63,087 bases of DNA. Origin: Alphaproteobacteria bacterium MarineAlpha3_Bin6. Its GTDB lineage: Bacteria > Pseudomonadota > Alphaproteobacteria > Rhodospirillales > UBA2165. How positions within the stretch are numbered: the stretch's first letter is position 1; every line of letters starts with the position of its first letter. The translations under genes were made by a program, and so were the position numbers. The notes beneath the pieces are model-generated. The model was not told where the DNA came from, made no database searches, and saw only the letters and a program-made list of their open reading frames with translations. The stretch covers positions 1 to 63,087 of the forward strand of contig PTLH01000001.1 in assembly GCA_002938035.1 (NCBI GenBank), given 5' to 3'. Shown here in pieces: positions 17,285-27,528 of the stretch.

Positions 17285-18934
17285 ATGTCTGATACGGCAA
17301 CTGCGGCAACCCATGATGACCACGCCCACCATGACCACAAGCCGACTGGCTGGAAACGCTGGGTCTACTCAACAAATCACAAAGATATTGGAACCATGTA
17401 CATCACAATTGCGGTTATTTCCGCAATCCTGGGTATGGGTGCATCAATGGCGATACGATTGGAACTCGCGGTGCCTGGCATTCAATTTATTACCGATACC
17501 CAGTTTTATAACGTTCTGGTGACGGCGCATGGTTTTCTCATGGTCTTCTTTGTCGTAATGCCGGCACTCATTGGTGGCTTCGGAAACTGGTTTATACCAT
17601 TGATGATAGGGACGCCAGATATGGCTTTTCCTCGTATGAATAATATCAGTTTCTGGCTGCTTGCGGGGGGCTTTATTTTGCTGGTGTTATCCGGTTTTGT
17701 GCAAGGTGGCGCCGGAACAGGTTGGACTGTCTACCCCCCTCTTTCTAATGCCGATTATCATCCCACGCCGGCCGTTGACTTCGCTATCCTCAGTTTACAT
17801 TTAGCCGGCGCCTCTTCTATCCTTGGGGCCATCAATTTCATTACAACAATTATTAACATGCGTGCGCCGGGTATGACGTTTCATCGTATGCCACTGTTTA
17901 TTTGGGCATCCTTGATTACAGCATTTCTTCTATTACTTGCTATGCCCGTATTAGCCGGTGCGTTGACGATGCTTCTAACCGACCGCAACTTCGGAACGAC
18001 ATTCTTCGATGCATCTGGCGGCGGAGACCCCATCTTTTGGCAGCATCTCTTTTGGTTCTTTGGGCACCCGGAAGTCTATATCATGATTGTCCCTGCCTTC
18101 GGTGTGGTAAGTCAGGTGGTTTCGACATTTTCCAAGAAACCCATTTTTGGATATTTAGGTATGGCCTATGCCATGGCATCGATTGGTGTTGTAGGTTTTG
18201 TCGTGTGGGCTCATCACATGTTTACGGTCGGATTTAATGTTGAAACGCGAATTTACTTCGTTTTGGCTACCATGGTTATTGCCGTTCCCACTGGCATCAA
18301 GATTTTCAGTTGGTTAGCCACGATGTGGGGTGGTTCTATCGAATTTAAGACACCTATGCTCTATGCCATGGGATTTATTTTTCTTTTCGTCGTTGGAGGC
18401 GTGACAGGTATAACCCTGGCAAATGCTGGCGTCGATTTGGCGTTTCACGATACATACTTTGTGATTGCTCATTTTCACTACGTTTTGTCGATTGCAACTA
18501 TATACGGAATATTTTGCGGCATGTTTTACTGGCTTCCAAAAATGTGTGGAAAAATGTACGACGAAACTCTGGGTCAGTGGCAATTCTGGATTACCTTTAT
18601 TGGCGTGAACGTTTTATTTTTTCCTCAACATTTTCTAGGTATGGCGGGAATGCCTCGGCGTATTCCTGACTATCCAGATGCCTATGCAGGGTGGAATATG
18701 GTAAGCAGCATTGGCGGTGCCATTTCCTTAGTCGGTGCTCTATTGTTTCTTTACATTTTATGGAAAACAATTGTTTCCGGAGAAAAAGCGCCTGCGAACC
18801 CTTGGGGTGAAGGTGCGACTACACTAGAGTGGACTGTCGATTCACCAGCACCGTTTCATACTCATGAACAAATTCCCGAAATTCCCGAAGAGGAACACGG
18901 TGAAAAGATATACGTATCCCCTGGAGCAGAATAG
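17285..18934 (+). CDS. coxA: cytochrome c oxidase subunit I (aa3-type)
   Basis: 549 aa. [15 protein letters not shown] and [13 protein letters not shown] are all present. Confidence 0.95.
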   Translation: MSDTATAATHDDHAHHDHKPTGWKRWVYSTNHKDIGTMYITIAVISAILGMGASMAIRLELAVPGIQFITDTQFYNVLVTAHGFLMVFFVVMPALIGGFGNWFIPLMIGTPDMAFPRMNNISFWLLAGGFILLVLSGFVQGGAGTGWTVYPPLSNADYHPTPAVDFAILSLHLAGASSILGAINFITTIINMRAPGMTFHRMPLFIWASLITAFLLLLAMPVLAGALTMLLTDRNFGTTFFDASGGGDPIFWQHLFWFFGHPEVYIMIVPAFGVVSQVVSTFSKKPIFGYLGMAYAMASIGVVGFVVWAHHMFTVGFNVETRIYFVLATMVIAVPTGIKIFSWLATMWGGSIEFKTPMLYAMGFIFLFVVGGVTGITLANAGVDLAFHDTYFVIAHFHYVLSIATIYGIFCGMFYWLPKMCGKMYDETLGQWQFWITFIGVNVLFFPQHFLGMAGMPRRIPDYPDAYAGWNMVSSIGGAISLVGALLFLYILWKTIVSGEKAPANPWGEGATTLEWTVDSPAPFHTHEQIPEIPEEEHGEKIYVSPGAE

Positions 18935-18943
18935 TCGTCGCAC

Positions 18944-19570
18944 ATGATTAAAAAAACAACGCTCCAACAGAAAAGCAATTACCGGAAACGCGGTACGGCT
19001 TTAGTGCTGTTTTCCCTGGTCGCCGGTATGGTTGGGCTGGCCTTTGCTTCTGAGCCCCTATATCGGATATTCTGTCAGGTCACTGGGTACGCTGGCACGA
19101 CGCAAGTTGCTGCGTCTGTACCGAAATCAAATGAAGTATTGAAAAGAATTGTCGCTGTTAGATTTGACGCTAATGTTAATTCAAAATTGCCGTGGAGTTT
19201 TAGGCCCGTCCAACGTGAGATCAAAGTTCGTTTAGGTGAACAGGCTTTGGCCTATTTTGAAGCGACGAACAATTCTGACCAACCTCTCGTTGGTACGGCA
19301 TCGTTTAATGTCACACCTTACAAAGCAGCGATCCACTTTAACAAGATCGATTGTTTCTGCTTCACGCAACAGGTTTTGAAGCCGGGCCAGACCATGAAGA
19401 TGCCGGTCACTTTTTTTATTGATCCTGAATTAGCGAAGGACAGCGGTGCAGATGATTTAAGAACCATCACGCTATCCTATACATTTTTTCAGGATAACGA
19501 TCAAAGCGCAGTTGAGAAACTTGCTGCGAAGCGCATTGACGCGAATGATGTCAATCCAAGAAGGCTGTGA
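18944..19570 (+). CDS. ctaG: cytochrome c oxidase assembly protein CtaG/Cox11 (copper delivery)
   Basis: 208 aa. One TM segment, YRIFCQVTGYAGT and CFCF motifs. Confidence 0.9.
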   Translation: MIKKTTLQQKSNYRKRGTALVLFSLVAGMVGLAFASEPLYRIFCQVTGYAGTTQVAASVPKSNEVLKRIVAVRFDANVNSKLPWSFRPVQREIKVRLGEQALAYFEATNNSDQPLVGTASFNVTPYKAAIHFNKIDCFCFTQQVLKPGQTMKMPVTFFIDPELAKDSGADDLRTITLSYTFFQDNDQSAVEKLAAKRIDANDVNPRRL

Positions 19571-19642
19571 CCCGTAGAAATGGATAATAAATTTAGTAGA
19601 GAAGTTGTTTGATACCCTGACAAACCAAACGGATGAAGTAAC

Positions 19643-20464
19643 ATGGCAACAGAAGCAGCAACTACACAACCCTGGCATGTCCCCGAGCCAAGCCCATGGC
19701 CAATTGTCGGCACAGCAGCAGCATTATCATTGGCCTTTGGCCTCATTTGGTTCATGCACGCTGGGGTCCCGTGGCTGGTCTCTTTCGGAGGCATATTGCT
19801 GGCAATAACTATGGTAGGCTGGTTTAAGGACGTCATCGGTGAAGCTAATGACGGAAAGTCTCACTCCTCGGCAGTTAAGACGGGTCTACGGGTCGGTTTC
19901 TTGATGTTTATCCTCTCCGAGGTGATGTTTTTCTTTGCTTTCTTCTGGGCTTATTTTCATTCCAGTCTACCTATTTTAAGTAATGTTGCGGGGCCGTGGC
20001 CACCTGAAGGCATTGACGCGTTGGGCCCTGCCGGGGTTCCGATGCTGAATACGCTATTATTGTTGACATCGAGTTTGACGGTAACGGTTGCCCATCATGC
20101 TATCCTGGAAGGTGAACGGCAAAAGGTCGTCCTATGGACTGGCATTACTGTTATCCTTGGGGTGTTGTTCCTAGGGGTGCAGATCGCTGAATATGGTCAC
20201 TTGGTGTTTGGCCTCAGCGACGGTATCTACCCTTCAACCTTCTATCTCGCCACGGGCTTCCACGGGTTTCATGTTTTTGTGGGTACCGTTTTCTTAATCG
20301 TATGTTATTTTCGTGCCCGGAACGGCCACTTTACAAGAGATGCACATATAGGCTTTGAAGCTGCCGCCTGGTATTGGCATTTTGTGGATGTGGTATGGAT
20401 TTTCCTCTACATAAATGTTTACTGGTGGGGGTCTTCGGAGTTCGGACACCGACTGGTTGGCTAA
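19643..20464 (+). CDS. coxC: cytochrome c oxidase subunit III
   Basis: 273 aa, 7 TM segments. HGFHVFVGT...AAWYWHFVDVVW motifs. Confidence 0.92.
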   Translation: MATEAATTQPWHVPEPSPWPIVGTAAALSLAFGLIWFMHAGVPWLVSFGGILLAITMVGWFKDVIGEANDGKSHSSAVKTGLRVGFLMFILSEVMFFFAFFWAYFHSSLPILSNVAGPWPPEGIDALGPAGVPMLNTLLLLTSSLTVTVAHHAILEGERQKVVLWTGITVILGVLFLGVQIAEYGHLVFGLSDGIYPSTFYLATGFHGFHVFVGTVFLIVCYFRARNGHFTRDAHIGFEAAAWYWHFVDVVWIFLYINVYWWGSSEFGHRLVG

Positions 20465-20870
20465 TTTCAACCGAGCTAATAGGAAGATAGAACAAACTAG
20501 TTCTTCGCCGGTCTGGAGTGCAATTTTGGGTCGTTGTCCGAGATGCGCTGGGGGTCGACTTTTTACCGGTTATCTGAAGATTTCTGAGGCGTGTGACAAT
20601 TGCAATCTAGGGTTTTCGGCGCATGATGCCGGCGATGGGCCCGTAGTTCCTGTGATGCTTATTGTAGGGCCAGTTGTTGCAGGTTCTTCTTTCTGGCTGG
20701 AATTTTCCATCCAACCATCTTTATGGTTGCATATGGTAATTTGGCCACCCCTTATATTAATTTTATGTCTGGGTCTTCTGCGGCCTTTCAAGGCGATTTT
20801 TATCGGTGTGCAATTTAAATTTCGTTCGGTAAATGGCGAATTCCCTGACAGCGATGATTTTCAAAAATAA
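20415..20870 (+). CDS. DUF983 domain membrane protein
   Basis: CPRCAGGRLF...CDNCNLGF zinc-ribbon-like motif followed by 2 TM segments. A usual neighbour of coxC in alphaproteobacteria. The true start is probably later (for example the in-frame TTG at 20457), which would reduce the 50-nt overlap with coxC. Confidence 0.75.
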   Translation: MFTGGGLRSSDTDWLANFNRANRKIEQTSSSPVWSAILGRCPRCAGGRLFTGYLKISEACDNCNLGFSAHDAGDGPVVPVMLIVGPVVAGSSFWLEFSIQPSLWLHMVIWPPLILILCLGLLRPFKAIFIGVQFKFRSVNGEFPDSDDFQK

Positions 20871-21441
20871 ATAAAAAATATTCAGGCGCGCCGGATCACA
20901 ATCCCCATCAACGTGTGGTTGCCTAACTTGGCTAGGTGCTCGGCCTCACCTTTAATTGCAGCCAACACGAATGTGCCAAATGCCAGAATAACAATAATTA
21001 ATTATCCTGTTACCGAATGTAAGGTCGCCATTGGCAAATGGTATTTTACTGCTTTCATTCGATATTAACTTCTTCACATATGGACTTGGGAGTTGCCAAT
21101 TTTCAAAACCTTAACATCAATTAACATACCTAACAAAATAGGATTTTGGAGATGTTTCGGCCGAAAGGGGATTAATGCTACGATTATTGGTTTATGTTAG
21201 TGGGAGTAGGATTTGACCAAGTCAGGGAATTGGAAATAGCGATAAAGACTACCGGCAGATACCGCCTGGCGGAGAGTAAAAGTTTAGGGACTAGGCAAAA
21301 TAAATAATTTTCCAAATTATTGAAAAATTTGACTCAGATGTAATTGTTTACAAAGAGTGATTACGCTGTAAGAACATCAAGTTTATTTGTCATTTGGATG
21401 AAGTAAGACTACTTTAAATCAGGTCGATAGGGGCAAGCTCA

Positions 21442-23073
21442 TTGTTTAGGCGTTATTACATAGCGATAGGGCTTTTAGGTCTAGCTCTTCTCCTGTCAGG
21501 AGCAGTTTTTGTTTTTGATGGTGATAGTGTCCCAGCGAAAAAATTCCAAACAGCAAAAATAGAAAGGGGCAGTATTACTAAGTCAGTTTCTGCGTCGGGA
21601 CGACTAAATCCTGTTGTGTCGGTTGAAGTGGGCTCAGAAATTTCGGGGCAAGTGTCAGAGCTTTTGGTAGATTTTAATTCAGAGGTTAAGTCGGGCCAGG
21701 TCATTGCACGCATTGACCCAGAGCGTTTTGAGGCAGAGGTTTTAAAGTCGACGGCAGAAGTATCAGTGGCCAAAGCCGTCGTTGCTACCAAACGGGCTGC
21801 CGTAGACCAAGCGCTCGCAAACCTCGCAAATGCAAAGGCCGTTCTCACTGCCCTGAAAGCTGATGTTGAGAAGTCTGGGGTTTTTAGGAGTGATCTTAAG
21901 CTAGATTATGATCGTAAGACAAAACTTCTCGAACGAGGAGTAGTAGCTGTAAGCCAGGTTGATAAATCGAAAGCAGCTTGGGCATCATCAGTGGCACAAG
22001 AAAAAGCTTCAAAGGCGCAAGTTCTCGCACAACAATCTGCGGTGGCGGCTCGTGATGCCCAATTATCGATGGCGCGTGCCGAGGTTAAACAGGCACGAGC
22101 TTCAGTTGAACAAAAAAAAGCCACTCTCAACATTACTAAAGTGGAACTCAAAAACACCTATATCAGGTCACCTGTTGATGGAGTGGTAATAGGTAAGGAC
22201 ATTGATATCGGACAAACAGTTGCGGCAAGTTTTCAGGCGCCAACTCTTTTTACGATCGCCAGGGATCTTCGCAAAATGCAGGTTGAAACAAGCATTGATG
22301 AAGCCGATATTGGGCAGATAACGTCGGGTCAGATTGCCTCCTTCACTGTTGATTCTTTCCCTAGCAGAACCTTTATTGGTACGGTTAATCAGGTCCGTAA
22401 AAAGTCCCAGGAAATCCAGAACGTAATTACCTACACTGTCGTAATAGATACGAATAACAACGACCTCCGGTTGCTGCCGGGTATGACAGCAAATGTTGAG
22501 ATTAAAGTTAGTGACCGCAAAGATATTCTTAAAATACCTGGTGCGGCTTTGCGATTTACTCCGTCAGGCGCAGATAATTCTGAAATAGTCTCGCCTGGTA
22601 AGGGTGGTCAAAGCATGGGGCGTTCTGGAGGCGGTAATCGACGTGCTAAGGCGCAAGCTCGTCTGAACCGTCTCGCAAAGCAACTAACTTTGACTGAACA
22701 ACAAAAAGATCAGGTTAGGGATTTGAACAGGAAGATCGGGCAGCGCATTCGAGCTATGCGTAGTTCTGGAGGAGGAGGTTCCGGGTTTAGGGAGATAATC
22801 CAAAAAATGCGCCGGCAAAACAGCGATAAAATTATTGAATATTTAACTCCAGAGCAGCAGAAAAAATATCGAGCTATTATTGCTGAAAGCCGCGCCAACA
22901 CAATATCACCGGGTCGGGTGTGGGTGTTGGAAGGCAGCAAGCTAAAACTAATAAATGTGATGATAGGGGTTGGTGATGGAAAGTTTTATGAACTTACCCA
23001 GGGAGAGTTAGTTGAGGGGCGGGAAGTGCTTGTCGGAGAAGATAAAAAACTTTCCAAATCGGTGTCCCGTTAA
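21442..23073 (+). CDS. efflux periplasmic adaptor subunit (HlyD/MacA family) with a Gly-rich/LTxxQ insertion
   Basis: 543 aa. N-terminal TM anchor, lipoyl/hairpin/beta-barrel pattern (GQVIARIDP..., SPVDGVVIGKDIDIGQTV) and a long coiled-coil. An extra segment of about 115 aa sits before the last membrane-proximal strands. Confidence 0.8.
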   Translation: MFRRYYIAIGLLGLALLLSGAVFVFDGDSVPAKKFQTAKIERGSITKSVSASGRLNPVVSVEVGSEISGQVSELLVDFNSEVKSGQVIARIDPERFEAEVLKSTAEVSVAKAVVATKRAAVDQALANLANAKAVLTALKADVEKSGVFRSDLKLDYDRKTKLLERGVVAVSQVDKSKAAWASSVAQEKASKAQVLAQQSAVAARDAQLSMARAEVKQARASVEQKKATLNITKVELKNTYIRSPVDGVVIGKDIDIGQTVAASFQAPTLFTIARDLRKMQVETSIDEADIGQITSGQIASFTVDSFPSRTFIGTVNQVRKKSQEIQNVITYTVVIDTNNNDLRLLPGMTANVEIKVSDRKDILKIPGAALRFTPSGADNSEIVSPGKGGQSMGRSGGGNRRAKAQARLNRLAKQLTLTEQQKDQVRDLNRKIGQRIRAMRSSGGGGSGFREIIQKMRRQNSDKIIEYLTPEQQKKYRAIIAESRANTISPGRVWVLEGSKLKLINVMIGVGDGKFYELTQGELVEGREVLVGEDKKLSKSVSR

Positions 23074-23094
23074 TCCTGTTTTGGATTTTTATAT

Positions 23095-23838
23095 ATGAAC
23101 ACTCCTGACTTGGATAAACCGTTAATTAAGGCTGTTGGTATCAGTAAGGACTATGTAATTGGTGATAATGTTGTACATGCCCTCAGTGACGTTCACTTCT
23201 CGATTATTAAAGGTGAGCTTGTGGCAATAATGGGACCCTCTGGATCCGGCAAGACCACGCTGATGAACCTGCTTGGTTGCCTGGATACGCCCACTAGGGG
23301 ACAATATTATTTGGACGGTATTAACGTATCAGAGTTAACACCCGATGATCTAGCGGCAACACGCAGCAGCAAGTTAGGTTTTGTTTTTCAGAGCTTCAAC
23401 CTCCTTGCAAGAACTTCCGCCTTATCAAATGTACAATTGCCTTTGCTTTATAGTCGGATTGATAAGATACAGCGTCGAAGTAAGGCAGAGAAGACGTTAA
23501 CAGATGTTGGTTTATCCGATCGCGTGGATCACCATCCCTCACAGTTATCGGGCGGTCAACAACAACGCGTGGCAATTGCACGGGCCCTTGTGAGTGAACC
23601 AGAAGTTATTTTGGCAGACGAGCCAACAGGTGCACTTGACACGAGAACTGGGGTTGAGATTATGTCAATTTTTCAAAGACTTAACGATGAAGGTATGTCG
23701 GTAATAATTGTTACCCACGAAGCCGATGTTGCGCGTTTTGCAAAACGGATCATTCGTTTTCAGGATGGTCGGCTAACTAGTGATGAGACACTGCAGGAAA
23801 GAGTTAGCGCCTCGGAGATGCTTTCTAAAATGCCATAA
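23095..23838 (+). CDS. ABC transporter ATP-binding protein (MacB/LolD-type)
   Basis: Walker A GPSGSGKTT, signature LSGGQQQR, Walker B ILADEPTGALD. Confidence 0.9.
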   Translation: MNTPDLDKPLIKAVGISKDYVIGDNVVHALSDVHFSIIKGELVAIMGPSGSGKTTLMNLLGCLDTPTRGQYYLDGINVSELTPDDLAATRSSKLGFVFQSFNLLARTSALSNVQLPLLYSRIDKIQRRSKAEKTLTDVGLSDRVDHHPSQLSGGQQQRVAIARALVSEPEVILADEPTGALDTRTGVEIMSIFQRLNDEGMSVIIVTHEADVARFAKRIIRFQDGRLTSDETLQERVSASEMLSKMP

Positions 23839-23852
23839 GGAGTGACGACAAA

Positions 23853-25085
23853 GTGACGTATGGCGACTGTATAATGGCGGCCTTAGGCGCAATTCAAGCT
23901 AACGTATTGAGAAGCGTATTGACGGCGCTTGGTATAATTATTGGCGTTGCGGCAGTAATAGTGATGATTTCTGTCGGCGCTGGGGCCCAGAAACAGGTCG
24001 ACGATGTGATAAAAAAACTTGGCTCTAACTTGGTAATTGTTGTCCCAGGTACCACAACTTCCGGTGGTGCACGGGGTGCTAGAGGTTCACGGCGGACGCT
24101 TACAGAGGACGATGCTATTGCCATACAGAACGAAGTACCGACGGTTAAGGTATCAGCTCCAACGGTAAGGGGTTCCGGCCAGATTATTTTTGGAAATCAA
24201 AATTGGTCAACGGTCATAAGGGGGGTTACGCCCGATTATGGACAGGCGCGGGAATGGGAAATTGCGGATGGACGTTGGTTCAGTAATGACGAAGTCCGTT
24301 CCGCTGCTAAAGTTGCTTTGATTGGGGAGACTGTATCCGAGAGTCTATTTGGTAATGATAATCCCGTTGGGCAAATCATTCGTATTAAAAGAGTGCCATT
24401 CACGGTCATTGGGACATTGGTGGGAAAGGGTGAAACTCCCATGGGAAATGACATGGATGATGTGGTATTTATTCCGCTTACTACTGCCAAGAAGAGAACT
24501 CTTGGTGGTCGTCGAGTGAGCGGTAGGTTGGTTGGCGTCGTGTTTGTTAAATCAAACAGCGCAGAGGTTGTCGACGATACTATCCGGGACATGACAAAGC
24601 TCCTGCGCCTAAGACACAAATTACGGCCTGGTCAACCAAATGACTTTTTTGTTCGGAACCTTTCTTCCATTTTAGAGGCACGGGCGAACTCATCTCGTGT
24701 GATGAATTTACTGCTCGCGGCGGTAGCGTCTATCTCGTTGATTGTGGGGGGTATAGGGATAATGAACATCATGTTGGTTTCAGTTACTGAACGGACACGT
24801 GAAATAGGCTTACGTATGGCTGTAGGTGCCAAAGGAAGAGATATTCTGTTACAATTTTTGATTGAAGCCGTAACGTTATCTCTTATTGGTGGCGTCATAG
24901 GGATCGTATTTGGTCTCGGCGGGTCTTATATAATCGCAATGATTGGTAATTCGCCGGCAATTGTTCAACCGTATAGCATTTTTCTCGCTTTTGGGTTTGC
25001 CGCGGCAGTAGGAGTTTTCTTCGGTTTTTATCCGGCGCGGAAAGCTGCACGGCTTGACCCTATAGAAGCCCTTAGATACGAGTAA
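23853..25085 (+). CDS. ABC transporter permease (MacB/FtsX family, large periplasmic domain)
   Basis: 410 aa. TM1, then a periplasmic domain of about 240 aa, then the FtsX 3-TM bundle (RTREIGLRMAVGA). The GTG start is preceded by AAGGAG. Confidence 0.9.
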   Translation: MTYGDCIMAALGAIQANVLRSVLTALGIIIGVAAVIVMISVGAGAQKQVDDVIKKLGSNLVIVVPGTTTSGGARGARGSRRTLTEDDAIAIQNEVPTVKVSAPTVRGSGQIIFGNQNWSTVIRGVTPDYGQAREWEIADGRWFSNDEVRSAAKVALIGETVSESLFGNDNPVGQIIRIKRVPFTVIGTLVGKGETPMGNDMDDVVFIPLTTAKKRTLGGRRVSGRLVGVVFVKSNSAEVVDDTIRDMTKLLRLRHKLRPGQPNDFFVRNLSSILEARANSSRVMNLLLAAVASISLIVGGIGIMNIMLVSVTERTREIGLRMAVGAKGRDILLQFLIEAVTLSLIGGVIGIVFGLGGSYIIAMIGNSPAIVQPYSIFLAFGFAAAVGVFFGFYPARKAARLDPIEALRYE

Positions 25086-25234
25086 TCAAACAATAATAAT
25101 AACTAAATAAATTTTTATGGATTTTTCTCTATTCGACTGGACGATCCGCTGGTTTATCTTCCCTGTGACTATGTGTATTGCTATAGCCTGGATTGAAATC
25201 CGCAACACCTTCTTTCTGTAGTTTAATATAAAGA

Positions 25235-25843
25235 CTAAACGATGTTAAATTTGCTGCATGAGATGGAGCAGTGGCCATATGCATTATTAAACTCAACTTC
25301 GACTACTTTTCTGATGTCATTATAAATAGGCTTTAGCAATTCGTTTTGCCCAAAGGCATTTTCCAAAATCAATTTGGCCAGCCTAGGTCCTAGTCCACGG
25401 TTTCTCGGTTCATCGCTTTCCTTGTTTTCTGTCGGGGCACTGAAGATTTCGTTTTGCACAAAATCCTTATCTTCCTCAATGACCTTTGGGATCCGTATCA
25501 GGGCTTGCTTTATAAACGTCTGGAGCGCTCTCTCTTGAGCTTCGAGATTCATTGTTTCTCGAAAATGTGCTTTTAAGTATTTTAGTTTTGGTTGGTCTTT
25601 CATACTGAAAAACATCAGTTCAGAGAGGCAGATTATCCAGGTAACCTTGAAGCGTGAAATTTCTTCGGGAAAAAGAGCATCAAAATCAAATCCGTTGCTC
25701 ATACCATCGGTACGGTTATATATCCGGCTGAGGGCGAGGTCACAAAAATCGTCGAACAATTCAAACATTCCATCCACCATGGTGTTCACGTCCGTATCAA
25801 TTCGTTCTCCATATGAGATGGTATTTATTTGGTGGTTATCCAA
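25235..25843 (-). CDS. hypothetical protein (no recognisable family)
   Basis: 202-aa ORF directly 3' of tRNA-Gly. Acidic, no TM segment or signal peptide, no motifs recognised. Confidence 0.5.
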   Translation of the reverse strand: MDNHQINTISYGERIDTDVNTMVDGMFELFDDFCDLALSRIYNRTDGMSNGFDFDALFPEEISRFKVTWIICLSELMFFSMKDQPKLKYLKAHFRETMNLEAQERALQTFIKQALIRIPKVIEEDKDFVQNEIFSAPTENKESDEPRNRGLGPRLAKLILENAFGQNELLKPIYNDIRKVVEVEFNNAYGHCSISCSKFNIV

Positions 25844-25889
25844 ACCTTTGCCTCCACGGTATTATTCTAACGTTGAGGAAATCCCAAAT

Positions 25890-25963
25890 TGGAGCGGGCG
25901 AAGGGAATTGAACCCTCGTCTAAAGCTTGGGAAGCTTTCGTTCTACCACTGAACTACGCCCGC
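25890..25963 (-). tRNA. tRNA-Gly (anticodon CCC), CCA encoded
   Basis: Reverse complement reads GCGGGCG-TA-GTTCAGTGGTAGAAC-GAAAGCTTCCCAAGCTTT-AGACG-AGGGTTCAATTCCCT-TCGCCCGC-T-CCA. Anticodon loop TTCCCAA. Confidence 0.93.
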
Positions 25964-26508
25964 AACTTTTTGAAATACGTGACTGTTACAATCTATAAAA
26001 AAACCTTTTAGTCGCACGCTGGAGCTTACTTGAGGTTTTAACACCATTACGACTAATTGTCGGTGCAAAATGACACCCTATCCTTAGCCCTTTAGTAATA
26101 AAACCTGATTAACTTTCATGCATTCTACCAATAACAAGGTTACATAACAAAGTTAAACTAAGCGCCATCAAGCCTCAAAAAGGAAGGGCATGGGCATTGG
26201 CTAACAAGAATCATATTGAGCAAAAATCAAATTGAAAAATTATTAAGGAATAGCCATTTTGCCGAATCACTAATATAGGCATAGTGGAGCCGAAAAAAGA
26301 GAAGACAATACAATAATTAATATAATTAATTCAATATATTACAATTTTTATGTAGATGAATGTTAGAGAATTAACTTACACTTAAAAGATTAAAACGATT
26401 TTTTAGGAATATTAACGGCGATAATTTATTTCAAAAACCAGTTTAGAATTATGATTGTTTTTACCTAAGGTTAGTAAAGTCAGGTTTTAATTCTGAAAAC
26501 TCCTTATT

Positions 26509-27318
26509 CTATAAGAGACTACGAAGATGATTGATCCCCAATCTTGCAGCCGTTCTAAAATCCGGATTCATCTCAACTTGCAGCGACAGGTAGCCATCAA
26601 AATCGATTGCTTTTAAGGAACTAATAATCTCCTTAAACGGGATATGACCGCCTCCTGGATAAAGACGGTTGCTATCACTTATTTGCAGATACCCCAAATA
26701 TTCTCTGGCATCAAAAATACTTTGTGCGAAGGAGGTGTCTTCAATATTCATATGAAAAGTATCAAGCATCAGGCCCATTCCAGGACTGTCAACTTCACTA
26801 GCAAACCGCACGCCATCCTGAGCGGTAAAACCAAAATTAATATAAAATCGAGTTTGAGGTTCAAAAAGGATCTTAGTACCAAGTTTTTCGGCATAATCAG
26901 ATCCTTCTCTGAAGGCATCATACATCCAATTCACCGACACCTCTCTAGCCTCTCCATCACTAAGTTGGCCACGGAAAGAGCCAATTAAGACTTCAACTCC
27001 AAAAAATGAAGCTGCTTCAAGCGCTCCCTTGAGTCTTACCATTCCTTCATCACGGATAGACTTATCTGGATGACACAGCCAAATTTTATCCTGAAAACCG
27101 ATAGCAGCAGTGTGAATGGATGCAACTTCCAAACCCCTTTGTTCTACTTCCTTTTGGAGTTTATCTAGGTTAAGCTCTTTTGGTTGCCGAATAGAAACCT
27201 CAACACCGTCATAACCATACTCGGAGAGAACATCGAGATTTTCGCCGAATGCTCCCTGTTGTGCGGGGAGGAGCGGGGTATCAACATCTGGCGTCGCTAC
27301 ACTAAACCCTATCTTCAT
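26509..27318 (-). CDS. sugar phosphate isomerase/epimerase (xylose-isomerase-like TIM barrel family)
   Basis: MKIGFSV start preceded by AAGGGGAG; the ORF track extends to 27363. Typical GYDGVE...FEP...DTFHM...H TIM-barrel pattern. Confidence 0.8.
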   Translation of the reverse strand: MKIGFSVATPDVDTPLLPAQQGAFGENLDVLSEYGYDGVEVSIRQPKELNLDKLQKEVEQRGLEVASIHTAAIGFQDKIWLCHPDKSIRDEGMVRLKGALEAASFFGVEVLIGSFRGQLSDGEAREVSVNWMYDAFREGSDYAEKLGTKILFEPQTRFYINFGFTAQDGVRFASEVDSPGMGLMLDTFHMNIEDTSFAQSIFDAREYLGYLQISDSNRLYPGGGHIPFKEIISSLKAIDFDGYLSLQVEMNPDFRTAARLGINHLRSLL

Positions 27319-27528
27319 GTGAAAATCTCCCCTTTGATATGAATTTCTATTCTTTCGTTGCACCCGTCTTTATGTGGCCAAGGAGCAAGAGATATAAAGG
27401 CATTCGTCAATTCATACAAAAACGATAACACCACCCGAGAAGCGAGTCTAATGTTGGAAGATGATCAGTGGGGTGTTTTAATGACGAGACGAAAAATTTT
27501 ACGAAAATGGTAAGCGTCGGGGTCTCAT

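Noticed and set aside
25170-25200. T-arm-like hairpin ggattgaaatcc, considered as an attR remnant of tRNA-Gly
   Set aside because: Only the 12-nt hairpin resembles the tRNA T arm. The adjacent acceptor-strand sequence shows no similarity.
25117-25221. 34-codon hydrophobic ORF (MDFSLFDWTIRWFIFPVTMCIAIAWIEIRNTFFL) downstream of the MacB-type permease
   Set aside because: It has no Shine-Dalgarno-like sequence and lies in an AT-rich spacer, so there is no way to support it without comparative data. Kept only as a note.
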